64,000 bases of DNA, from IMG/VR virus record IMGVR_UViG_3300021057_000274, positions 186,001-250,000 of that record. One strand, written 5' to 3'. The notes under the pieces are model-generated. The model saw only the letters and a program-made list of their open reading frames with translations. It was not told the DNA's origin and did no database searches. Below are positions 19,770-27,531 of this stretch, one piece after another. Numbering within the stretch: position 1 is the stretch's first letter; each line of letters starts with the position of its first letter. Both the position numbers and the translations under genes were made by a program.

Positions 19770-20404
19770 TAGTAGTTCTGGCCGACGATCGAGCCCATCC
19801 AGATCGCTCCGCCGTCTAGAGTTTGGAAGCAGTACTGATCGATCTTCCCGTTCGTCGAGGTCGGGGTGGGAGCGACTCCGCCGGCCCAACGCACCGACGC
19901 CGGCCAGGTCCACGCTTGCTGAGTGCCGTTGCCGACGAGAAAGAGCACGACGGTCAAGATTTCGTTGGCGATGTTCGGCACGTTCGTGAACGACAGAGTC
20001 GTCACCGAGCCGGTGTTTGAAACGTAGAAAACGTAGCCGTTCGCGAGGTTGAGAGTGAGCGTGCCGCCGGAGATCGTCGGTGAGCTGTAGATGTAGTTAT
20101 TTTCTCGCGCCGAGACGTCGGTGACGAAGATGTCCTTCGTGCCCGCGGTGAAGTTGACCGCCGCCCCCGCGTTCGAGCTGGCGATGATGACGGTGCGAGC
20201 GAGGTTGTTACCCGCCGTCCAGGTGCCGATCCCCGTCTCCCACTCGCCAGTGGTGCCGTTAACCGCGAAGTAGGGGACGGTGTCGTTGTTGGCCACGATC
20301 GCTGAGTAAGCGCGATAGCCCGTCTTGGCTCCCGCGAGAGCGAAGGTGCCGGTACCTGTGGTGGTGCTAGTTTCCCAAACGCGATCGCCAGTCTTGCGTG
20401 CCAT
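19769..20404 (-). CDS. Tail-fibre anchor/adaptor protein
   Basis: N-terminal DRVWETSTTTGTGTFALAGA and C-terminal WPASVRWAGGVAPT..D..F.T.DGG..W.G, both common in phage fibre proteins; late promoter upstream. Confidence 0.7.
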   Translation of the reverse strand: MARKTGDRVWETSTTTGTGTFALAGAKTGYRAYSAIVANNDTVPYFAVNGTTGEWETGIGTWTAGNNLARTVIIASSNAGAAVNFTAGTKDIFVTDVSARENNYIYSSPTISGGTLTLNLANGYVFYVSNTGSVTTLSFTNVPNIANEILTVVLFLVGNGTQQAWTWPASVRWAGGVAPTPTSTNGKIDQYCFQTLDGGAIWMGSIVGQNY

Positions 20405-20432
20405 GATCTTCTAACAGTGGAGGGTGATCCAC

Positions 20433-20438
20433 TATTTA
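20433..20438 (-). promoter_or_regulatory. Late promoter (TAAATA)
   Basis: cATAAATAg upstream of the RCC1 fibre operon. Confidence 0.7.
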
Positions 20439-20448
20439 TGATCCAAGC

Positions 20449-21357
20449 TTACCTAACTGGAATCTCGATCTGGAGGTTCTTGGTGACGTTCAGCTCGATG
20501 TAGTTGAGCTTGGCGATCGCGAGGAGCGCGTGACGATCATCGGCGGGAATGACCTGGAGATCGACTAGGGAAACTCGCGGGTCCCGATTGAAGACCTGCT
20601 CGAGGTCGCTGCGGATGACCTGGTGAGTCGTAGGATCTGAGATCTCGAAGGTCGTGATCGGAATCCGGGTACCGAAGCTGTCGACCATGCGAAGACGATC
20701 GCCGCGAGCGGTGAAGATTTCGTTGAGCAGATCCTCCTCGACGCAGTCGATGTTGTAGATCGAAAAGGCCCCGCCGTCCTCGTAGTTGCGGGTGGTGAAG
20801 CCCTTGTAGAACTTCGTGAAGACCGGGGTTGAGCCTGGGAGCTGAACAGGTTGGGCTTGGCTCGCGAGGGGATCTCTCGGCTGAACCAGGTTGAACGGGG
20901 TCAAGATCGGGGTGAAGTCCTCACGACGTCCGACCGCCGCCGCGGTGCCAGCAGCGAGCGCCGCTCCGAGCGACTCGGCGAGCGCGTTCGAGAAGCCAAC
21001 GACGGTGGTGAGGCCGTCACCAGAGAAGTCGACCTCGAGGCCCAGCTGACCGATCGCGCTCATCGCGGCGAGGCCTTGAGACTGACCAGTGAAGCCGGCG
21101 AGCGAGGTCGCCTGCGCGGACGACGTGATCGAGGCTATGGAGCCAGCCTCACCTGCGACCGTTGCGATCGCGACCATGGTCGCGGCAGAGCCAGCGAGAG
21201 CGGTCGCTGACGCGATGACGACTGATTGCGCGATCGCGCCAGAGAGAGCCTGCGAGGTTGATGCGGCTTGCGCCGCCGCAAGCGCGCCTGACAGAGCCTC
21301 CGCCGAGCTAGACGCGGTTACATATCCGGTCGGGTCCCCGGTGAAGAGGAGAAGCAT
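20449..21357 (-). CDS. Second Ala-rich protein fused to a gp25-like domain (paralog of 769..2193)
   Basis: Shares FTKFYKGxTTRNYE, CVEEDLLNEI, LRMVDSFGTRIP, DPRV and NVTKNLQI with 769..2193. Confidence 0.75.
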   Translation of the reverse strand: MLLLFTGDPTGYVTASSSAEALSGALAAAQAASTSQALSGAIAQSVVIASATALAGSAATMVAIATVAGEAGSIASITSSAQATSLAGFTGQSQGLAAMSAIGQLGLEVDFSGDGLTTVVGFSNALAESLGAALAAGTAAAVGRREDFTPILTPFNLVQPRDPLASQAQPVQLPGSTPVFTKFYKGFTTRNYEDGGAFSIYNIDCVEEDLLNEIFTARGDRLRMVDSFGTRIPITTFEISDPTTHQVIRSDLEQVFNRDPRVSLVDLQVIPADDRHALLAIAKLNYIELNVTKNLQIEIPVR

Positions 21358-21366
21358 CTACCTAGC

Positions 21367-23412
21367 TTATCTAAAGATCGGCGTTGACCACATCTCGCCG
21401 TTCGAAGTATACGAGCCGACGTGCAAGATTGGGATTTTAGTTGCCCCGTCAACGAAGTAGCGAATGAAGATCTTGTGCCCGTAGTAGTGAGAGTATACCT
21501 TTGGCAACTTTACGAAACCTTCTACCTGCCTCGTGAGCATGTCAAACCTATTGATCGCCATCTCACCCGTGTTTTCATAACAGATGAAGTACGCGTATCT
21601 TCCGCCGTTCGCCGCTACATCTTGCGTCGCGCTGTTCCCGTAGAGGGTGATCTGGGACGTCGTCCTGGGCATCCACGGAATGTTATCGATCCAAGCTCCG
21701 TTAGTTCCACCTGCTAAGTCAAAGACGTCAATCTGCGGGCCGCCACCCCTGAAGCTATAACAATACGAGTGGCGAACCGCCTTATCGGCGTCTGGAACGA
21801 TCGAGAACGATCCAAAGAAGTTGTGCCCTGAAGTTCTTGCCACCGATCTAGCGGCAAACCTCGTAGAGCTCCAAGTGTCAGCCGCCATCGACCCGATGGC
21901 GTACGCCGCGTAGACGTACGTGGTAGTGGTGTTTGAGTTTCCTTGGTAGATCAGAAAGTTTGGATACTCGATCACGTACTTGGCGGTCGAGGACGGAGTG
22001 ACAGCCCAGGCGGTTTCCATCGTGTAAACTGGAGATGCCCCAGCGGTGTGACTAGCGATGATGCCGCGCTGACCCACGGCGGTTGGAGTAGCCGTGTCCT
22101 CAACGATCCTGATCTGAAAGTTTCGATACTCGTTTCCGAGCACGCTAGCGTCACCGCTAGCAGCTTGACCTGTCAGAGAGCTAGCTCCAGACGCGGTGGC
22201 CGTGAGAGTCCCGAAGAAGCCGTCACTTGGGTTTCGGTTGTGCGGGACATACAGCTCATCCATCATGAACATGACCGGCTCAGATTGCGACGTGTAGTTG
22301 GTCGTTGACATCGTGCTAACGGCGCCGGTAACGATGTCATAGATGCGAAGGTTGCTCGTCGTGTACTGCGAGTAAATCTTGCCGCTCAAGATCTCGTACG
22401 TGTCGCCGCTCGCTGGGGTAAAGGTGAGCGCGGAATCTAGAGTTACGGTGATCGTCCCGCCGACAAAACCTTGATCCATAACCGGATTCGTCGTATAGGT
22501 AGTGGTGACCCTCGCTCTCACGTAGAACGCGCTGACGTTGCTGAGCGTGTTCGCAAACCAATCCGTGGGCATCGTCCATGTAACCTCGCGGCCGTTTGCT
22601 ACCGACGCGGTGAAGCTAGAGGTGGCATCCGAGACGCCAGACAAGGCGGTCCAAGCCGTTCCGTTCCAATACTCCCAAGCTACGACTCCGCCCACGCCAG
22701 CGGTTCCTGACGCGTAGTTGAAGACGAGCTTGCTAAACTTGGTGGGGAATCCAAACGCGGCGTAGTCTCCGACTACCTCTGATCCGGGAAAGAGAGCCCA
22801 ATCAGCGGTGGAAGAGTTGTTAGCCGCAGTGGTGGTGTTGGTAAACGAGCTCGGAGCTACCACTTGCCAAGTTTGGGTAAACTGAGTGTTGCCAGCGCTT
22901 CCCTCGGTGCTCGCGGTGATGATGCGCTCTTCTACCTTACCCGACCCTCCAGCCGAGCTTCCGATGACCCTGATCTTGTATCCACGCCCGTCTCCACGGT
23001 TCGCCAGAGCGTTGGCGCTTAGGATCGGGGGTACCGTCGGTGTAGGGGACCCAATCGGAGTCCACGTGATTCCTGTCGAGAGCACCACCTTGCTTGTCGT
23101 GTTGCCAGTAGTGATAGATCCACGAGGTCCGTGTGAGGGGGCGAAGACCGCCGTGCCGTCTGAGGATGCGCTAAACGACATCGTGGTAGACGACGTAGAT
23201 TGAATTTGGCGCTTCCATCCGTCGTTCTCTGGATTATACGCGTAGATGATCGAGCTTGAGCTCTGCCCGTAGAGATACATCAACGGGTGTTGATCAGCGT
23301 TGTTACGCATGTCATGAACATACCAGATCGCGTTCGTCTCCCAGTCATGGCGCGCTAGCTGCCGCCAGACCGGGATGTCGAGAAGGTTCTTAAATCCTAG
23401 CGTAGTAGCCAT
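21367..23412 (-). CDS. Putative fibre/receptor-binding structural protein (propeller-like with carbohydrate-binding-like insert)
   Basis: Thr/Ser/Gly-rich; two R.II.NT/HT...W..TP...S.Y.I units; insert with WEYWNGTAW..FYVRAR. Confidence 0.6.
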   Translation of the reverse strand: MATTLGFKNLLDIPVWRQLARHDWETNAIWYVHDMRNNADQHPLMYLYGQSSSSIIYAYNPENDGWKRQIQSTSSTTMSFSASSDGTAVFAPSHGPRGSITTGNTTSKVVLSTGITWTPIGSPTPTVPPILSANALANRGDGRGYKIRVIGSSAGGSGKVEERIITASTEGSAGNTQFTQTWQVVAPSSFTNTTTAANNSSTADWALFPGSEVVGDYAAFGFPTKFSKLVFNYASGTAGVGGVVAWEYWNGTAWTALSGVSDATSSFTASVANGREVTWTMPTDWFANTLSNVSAFYVRARVTTTYTTNPVMDQGFVGGTITVTLDSALTFTPASGDTYEILSGKIYSQYTTSNLRIYDIVTGAVSTMSTTNYTSQSEPVMFMMDELYVPHNRNPSDGFFGTLTATASGASSLTGQAASGDASVLGNEYRNFQIRIVEDTATPTAVGQRGIIASHTAGASPVYTMETAWAVTPSSTAKYVIEYPNFLIYQGNSNTTTTYVYAAYAIGSMAADTWSSTRFAARSVARTSGHNFFGSFSIVPDADKAVRHSYCYSFRGGGPQIDVFDLAGGTNGAWIDNIPWMPRTTSQITLYGNSATQDVAANGGRYAYFICYENTGEMAINRFDMLTRQVEGFVKLPKVYSHYYGHKIFIRYFVDGATKIPILHVGSYTSNGEMWSTPIFR

Positions 23413-23768
23413 TAAAAGATCCTAGAGCGCATCAAGGCTCCGAAGGCCGCGTTTCTGATCGGAGGATAGAGCATCGTGTTGGGGTCAGAGGAGGCACCGA
23501 GGTTCGTGACCGTCGAGATCGTTCCGCTGCTGATCGTGGTAGACAATGTCGTCGCGGCTTCTACGTTAACACGCATGCGTGCGTTCTGGTCGACCCACCC
23601 GGGTTTAGCAAGGGCGTAGAAGATCTGACGCAACGAGTGCGCGATGTCAGCCAACGTAAAGCGCTGGCGTTTTACCGTTTGGCCAGACTCGTCAACTCCC
23701 GCCTTCTCGGTATCAATGATCGGGCCAGTACCCTCTGGCCCGATCTGTACTCCCTGATTGACTGGCAT
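23412..23768 (-). CDS. Small fibre-module protein
   Basis: Coupled ORF (TAATG overlaps) in a late operon; Thr-rich central beta segment. Confidence 0.65.
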   Translation of the reverse strand: MPVNQGVQIGPEGTGPIIDTEKAGVDESGQTVKRQRFTLADIAHSLRQIFYALAKPGWVDQNARMRVNVEAATTLSTTISSGTISTVTNLGASSDPNTMLYPPIRNAAFGALMRSRIF

Positions 23769-24010
23769 TAGCTAAGCCCCTCTAACCTATTGATCTCAGT
23801 GATGATCGACGCTTCTAACAGAGAACTGATCGCGTCAGCTTGCTCCGGGAGGAGGCGAAGATCTCTCGCCGATTTCCCGACGGCCAGACCGGTCTCGTCA
23901 CGCAACACGTAGATGACGTGTAGCATCCAGTTGCGAGGACCCTGCTGATTAGCAATGATCGTCTCGACGTTCGCGAGCGTGACGTCAGCGATCTGGACCG
24001 ACTTAGGCAT
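23768..24010 (-). CDS. Hypothetical protein
   Basis: 80-aa ORF downstream of the late promoter at 24038-24043. Confidence 0.6.
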   Translation of the reverse strand: MPKSVQIADVTLANVETIIANQQGPRNWMLHVIYVLRDETGLAVGKSARDLRLLPEQADAISSLLEASIITEINRLEGLS

Positions 24011-24037
24011 CTACTTTTCCGTTAAAGTTCATGCTCG

Positions 24038-24043
24038 TATTTA
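24038..24043 (-). promoter_or_regulatory. Late promoter (TAAATA)
   Basis: cATAAATAc overlapping the endonuclease stop codon. Confidence 0.65.
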
Positions 24044-24751
24044 TGTAGATGTGCTAGAGTCCTGATTTGCCCATCTTCCCCGCCAACCCGACTCACGCTT
24101 CAGCCGAAGAGTCTCCTTGATCCGCGCGATCGTCTCAGGACTCCTGGGTCGACCCGTTAGCTTCTCGATCACGCTCACTCTCTGCTCTTCAGTCCAGGGA
24201 GTGCCCGGTTTGCCCCTCTTCACGAGACCCAGCTTGCGCTTGTGCTCATCGGTGCGCGTGGGCATCTTCTTTCCGAGATGGGACTCTGACATCTTTCGCT
24301 TCGTCTCGTCAGAGTGGAGGGGGCGAGGTTTGCCCTTTTGAGACAAGCTGAGGTTTAGGAGGTGCTCCGCGGTCCGGGGTGGCTTCTTTTGACCGCGGTT
24401 CTTGACGGAGATCTTCTCACCTACGGTCTTCAGCGAGGAGTTAACTCCGTGCCAGTGACCTGTACTAATCTTGAGATTATAGTACCGCTTTCCAATTTCA
24501 ACGTCTTTGATCATACCGAGCCATCTAAATTCTTCCTTTAGAAGCTCAGCTCTATCTTGGATGTTCGAAACGAGAATTCGACGCTTGAAGTCTTGAGGGC
24601 GTCGTTTTCGCGAGATATACATCCACTTAGAGCTACAGACATAGCCATCATTTTGGTCGCCCCAGTGTGACCCGATGTAGTAGCGGTTGTGCTTCTTGTC
24701 ACGCCAGATGTATATGAAACCAGAGGTAGATTGCTTTTTAGAAGTAGAAAT
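24041..24751 (-). CDS. GIY-YIG homing endonuclease (Seg-like) with NUMOD3 repeats; probable ATT start
   Basis: The frame upstream of the track ATG (24622) encodes GFIYIWRDKKHNRYYIGSHWG. There is no ATG/GTG/TTG between that motif and the upstream in-frame TAA; GGAG lies 8 nt before ATT at 24751. HSDETKRKMSESHLGK repeats. Confidence 0.85.
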   Translation of the reverse strand: MSTSKKQSTSGFIYIWRDKKHNRYYIGSHWGDQNDGYVCSSKWMYISRKRRPQDFKRRILVSNIQDRAELLKEEFRWLGMIKDVEIGKRYYNLKISTGHWHGVNSSLKTVGEKISVKNRGQKKPPRTAEHLLNLSLSQKGKPRPLHSDETKRKMSESHLGKKMPTRTDEHKRKLGLVKRGKPGTPWTEEQRVSVIEKLTGRPRSPETIARIKETLRLKRESGWRGRWANQDSSTST

Positions 24752-24779
24752 GAAAATAGCTCCAAGGGTTGCTTAGAGC

Positions 24780-24785
24780 TATTTA
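24780..24785 (-). promoter_or_regulatory. Late promoter (TAAATA)
   Basis: gATAAATAg upstream of the homing endonuclease. Confidence 0.65.
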
Positions 24786-24807
24786 TCAGACGACTAAAAA
24801 GTGTTAC

Positions 24808-25236
24808 TCAGTCTTCCGTGATCGTCGACGACGAGGTCAGGATCGGGGTCACTCCGTTCGCCACCGAGATGTTCGGTGTCACGGTCCCCTTATAGAGCAC
24901 CTTGCCTGCGCCTGAGGACAACGTGCCGACCGCCCAGTGAGTGATCGTCGCGGCGCCGCCCGTGCACTGCGGAAAGTTGATGTTCGCGACAGGGGAGACG
25001 CTGTTCGAGGTTACCACCCATCCGCCCGTGGTGCGTGCGACCGCGACCCGAGCGTACGAGGTGTACGACGTCTCGTTGGTCGTCTGTGAGCCACCCTCAC
25101 CGACATCCGCGGTGTGCAGACTGACGTGGAGGTTGGTGAGCGGCGATGACGCCGCGTTGTCCGCAATGTTCGCGATCGCGGTAGCGTTGAAGATGAGCCT
25201 CAACAGATCGTTTTCGAAGGTATCGCCCTTAGAAAT
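24808..25236 (-). CDS. Small phage tail/fibre-associated structural protein; probable ATT start
   Basis: SKGDTFENDLL..IFN..LHVSLHTAD.GE..NETSYTSYARVAVAR..FPQCTGG..ITH family pattern; GGAGGT 5 nt before ATT at 25236. Confidence 0.75.
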   Translation of the reverse strand: MSKGDTFENDLLRLIFNATAIANIADNAASSPLTNLHVSLHTADVGEGGSQTTNETSYTSYARVAVARTTGGWVVTSNSVSPVANINFPQCTGGAATITHWAVGTLSSGAGKVLYKGTVTPNISVANGVTPILTSSSTITED

Positions 25237-25250
25237 GATACACCTCCACA

Positions 25251-25304
25251 TAAATAATTGATCAAGTTACATTGCTTGATCAACTTGGATTCAACCTCTA
25301 TTTA
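25251..25304. promoter_or_regulatory. Opposed pair of late promoters (+ 25251-25256, - 25299-25304) with a 9-bp inverted repeat between them
   Basis: cataaata...ttgatcaag-N8-cttgatcaa...tatttatg. Confidence 0.6.
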
Positions 25305-26071
25305 TGTCATGTCAATACTTCGGATTTGTTTACCTATGGCGGGACCGAAAGCGTAAACGTTATTACATTGGCTCTCATAGAGGCCGAATCGATGACGGCT
25401 ATATCTCTTCATCGATTTGGATGCGTAGAACTTATCATCGACGTCCAGAAGATTTCAAGCGTCGAATTTTGGTTTATTGCTTTGAAGAGAGCAAGAAAGC
25501 TCTTCATGCTCTAGAACAAGTCTGGCTTGATAAGATCAAGAACGATGAGCTTGGAAAACGCTATTTCAACCTCAAGAAAGCTGCAAGAGGTGGGCAAACT
25601 GACTCTTCAGAAAATATCTCGCGTAAGCAAAAGCTCTCTTGGACTCCAGAAAGAAAAGCCAAGTGGGTCGCTAAGATGGCAGAGTGGCGTGATCGTGACC
25701 CTACCGCTAAGGCAAAGCTCGCGACCATGGTCGGGCGTACCCACTCAATATCAGTGTTAGAAAAGATCGGAGCTGGCAATAAAGGTAAGATCATGTCGAA
25801 CGAAGTGAAGGCCATCATGTCAGAAAAGGCTCAAGCTAGAGCTCACTTAACCGCAGAACGAAATAAACAGCTACATGCTGCTGGCAAGATCGGAATGAGA
25901 GGACGTCAACACTCGGCTGAGACCAAGGCCAAGATGTCTGAAGCAAACCGACTCAGGTGGGCAGCGAAGCGAACTCAAAAAGGCGCCAGGAAGATTAAAC
26001 CGATAACTCTAGACAGCTTGAAAGGCATGATCTCGGCGATCGCCGAAGCTAGAGCTACTGCTCAGCCCTGA
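25304..26071 (+). CDS. GIY-YIG homing endonuclease (Seg-like) with NUMOD3 repeats, antisense to the tail operon
   Basis: GFVYLWRDRKRKRYYIGSH..DGYISSS; HSAETKAKMSEA; lower GC than the flanks. Confidence 0.85.
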   Translation: MSCQYFGFVYLWRDRKRKRYYIGSHRGRIDDGYISSSIWMRRTYHRRPEDFKRRILVYCFEESKKALHALEQVWLDKIKNDELGKRYFNLKKAARGGQTDSSENISRKQKLSWTPERKAKWVAKMAEWRDRDPTAKAKLATMVGRTHSISVLEKIGAGNKGKIMSNEVKAIMSEKAQARAHLTAERNKQLHAAGKIGMRGRQHSAETKAKMSEANRLRWAAKRTQKGARKIKPITLDSLKGMISAIAEARATAQP

Positions 26072-27531
26072 TACTTCGCATTCCGTGGCGGTTGGCAACT
26101 CGCGTCCTCTGAGCGGTCCCAGGACTCGTGCTTCGGCACGACCATCTTCGGCTTGACCTGGTCAGCGCCGATGCCTGCCGCGGCCGTCGCCGCCGTCGCG
26201 CCGCCTGCTCCTCCAGTCGTCTCGATCGGTACGTTGGCCGACGATCCGATCGGCCCAACCTTCAGGCCAGTGCTGCTCAAGCTCGTCGTCATCGAGCCGC
26301 CCGACAAGTTAATCAATCCACCAGAGCCGTCAAGCTTCAGGGTGCCGCCGACCGCCTTGACGTCGACGTCGTTCTTTCCAGAGATCGTGACGCTACGAGC
26401 GTCGGCGCGGATGTCGACCCCGTGCGCCGCGTTGACGTGGATCTGACTGGTGGATGATCCGGCCTCCTCGGCGTGGTCGCGCAAGAGCCCGATCGGCTGG
26501 CCAGAGTGCGGCGGCATCGAGCAGACCTCACGCTCCGGGATCGCGCTGCCGGTCGGCCCGTTCGTCGTCTTCAAGTGGATGTCTCGCGAGGCGGTCACCT
26601 TGATGTTGGCCTGCTCGGAGAGGAGCTGAATTCCTAGCTTCCCCTGGATCTTGATCCCGCGCTGCTCTGACACCAGGTTGATCCGCTTCTTGGCGACCAG
26701 GTTGATGTTCGAGTCCGAGTAGAAGTTGATGTCGTTCTCGCTGTGAACGTTGTACTTTCCAGCCCCGTACTGGTTGACCGTACCGGATCCCTCGTCGAGC
26801 TCGAGGTAGCTTCGGCCGCGAGCCGTCGAGATGTAGATCCGCTCGTTCGTGTCATCGATCAAGATCTGACTGCCCGCGGTCGTCCGGATCCGCACGCGGC
26901 AGCGCTCGTCGATGTCAGACATCATCCAGTAATGGCCACCCGGTGTCTTGAAGACGTACATCTGCGAGTCCGCCTTCTCGGGCTCATGCGGCTTGGGCGC
27001 GTAACCGTTATCGGTCGGCTTGTTCTTGTTCTTGTTCGAGGGGTGCGCGATCGAGCGCTCGTACCCACCGATCGTGCGATAGTTGGGATCCTCGGGGCCG
27101 TGCCCCGCCTCGCGCATGTTCTCAACTGTCGGGAGCTCGTTGAGGGACTTGTAAATCCCAGACTCGTCGATGTCGGTCTTGGTCCCCTCGACCGCTTGTG
27201 GGAGGGTGCGGTTGAGCTCTGGCTGGTAGAGACAACCCATCCAAAAGCGGGTGCTCGGGTCACTCTCGAGCGTGCCGACTAGCACCTGCGCTCCGTTCTT
27301 TGGGATCGCCCAGAAACCGTACGCGGTGATTCCGCTCACCTGGTCGTGCTCACGGCCGACCTTTGGGTCAGCTGTCACCCCGCCGAACGGAGAAACGTAA
27401 CGCGCCCACGGCAGGTCCTCCACCTTGAAGTTATACGTGTCAGACGCTGGGATCCAGACCTGGAGGCGTCCCTCTTGCATGGGGTCTGCGTTGTTCTTGA
27501 CGACGCCGATCGAGAGAGTGAGTCCGCTCAT
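26062..27531 (-). CDS. gp5: Baseplate central spike, gp5/VgrG-like (OB fold + beta-helix; no lysozyme domain seen)
   Basis: GVVKNNADPMQEGRLQVWIP..LPWARYVSP..P.NGAQVLV; KTPGGH..MSD..RIRTTAGSQILIDD. Confidence 0.75.
   Translation of the reverse strand: MSGLTLSIGVVKNNADPMQEGRLQVWIPASDTYNFKVEDLPWARYVSPFGGVTADPKVGREHDQVSGITAYGFWAIPKNGAQVLVGTLESDPSTRFWMGCLYQPELNRTLPQAVEGTKTDIDESGIYKSLNELPTVENMREAGHGPEDPNYRTIGGYERSIAHPSNKNKNKPTDNGYAPKPHEPEKADSQMYVFKTPGGHYWMMSDIDERCRVRIRTTAGSQILIDDTNERIYISTARGRSYLELDEGSGTVNQYGAGKYNVHSENDINFYSDSNINLVAKKRINLVSEQRGIKIQGKLGIQLLSEQANIKVTASRDIHLKTTNGPTGSAIPEREVCSMPPHSGQPIGLLRDHAEEAGSSTSQIHVNAAHGVDIRADARSVTISGKNDVDVKAVGGTLKLDGSGGLINLSGGSMTTSLSSTGLKVGPIGSSANVPIETTGGAGGATAATAAAGIGADQVKPKMVVPKHESWDRSEDASCQPPRNAKYQG

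Noticed and set aside
19770-19913. N-terminal extension of the 1022-aa ORF
   Set aside because: It overlaps the upstream gene by 144 nt; the TAATG-coupled ATG at 19769 is the better start.
5414-21460. Numerous + strand and alternate-frame ORFs of 60-280 aa over the fibre genes
   Set aside because: Shadow ORFs of GC-rich repetitive coding sequence; no SD or promoters, and mirror-codon composition.
24003-24032. 9-codon mini-ORF (MNFNGKVDA) right after the late promoter at 24038
   Set aside because: Too short to distinguish from chance.
24538-24765. 75-aa ORF suggesting a frameshifted or pseudogenised endonuclease
   Set aside because: The GIY-YIG motif is in the same frame as 24041..24622, so no frameshift is needed; an ATT start explains it.
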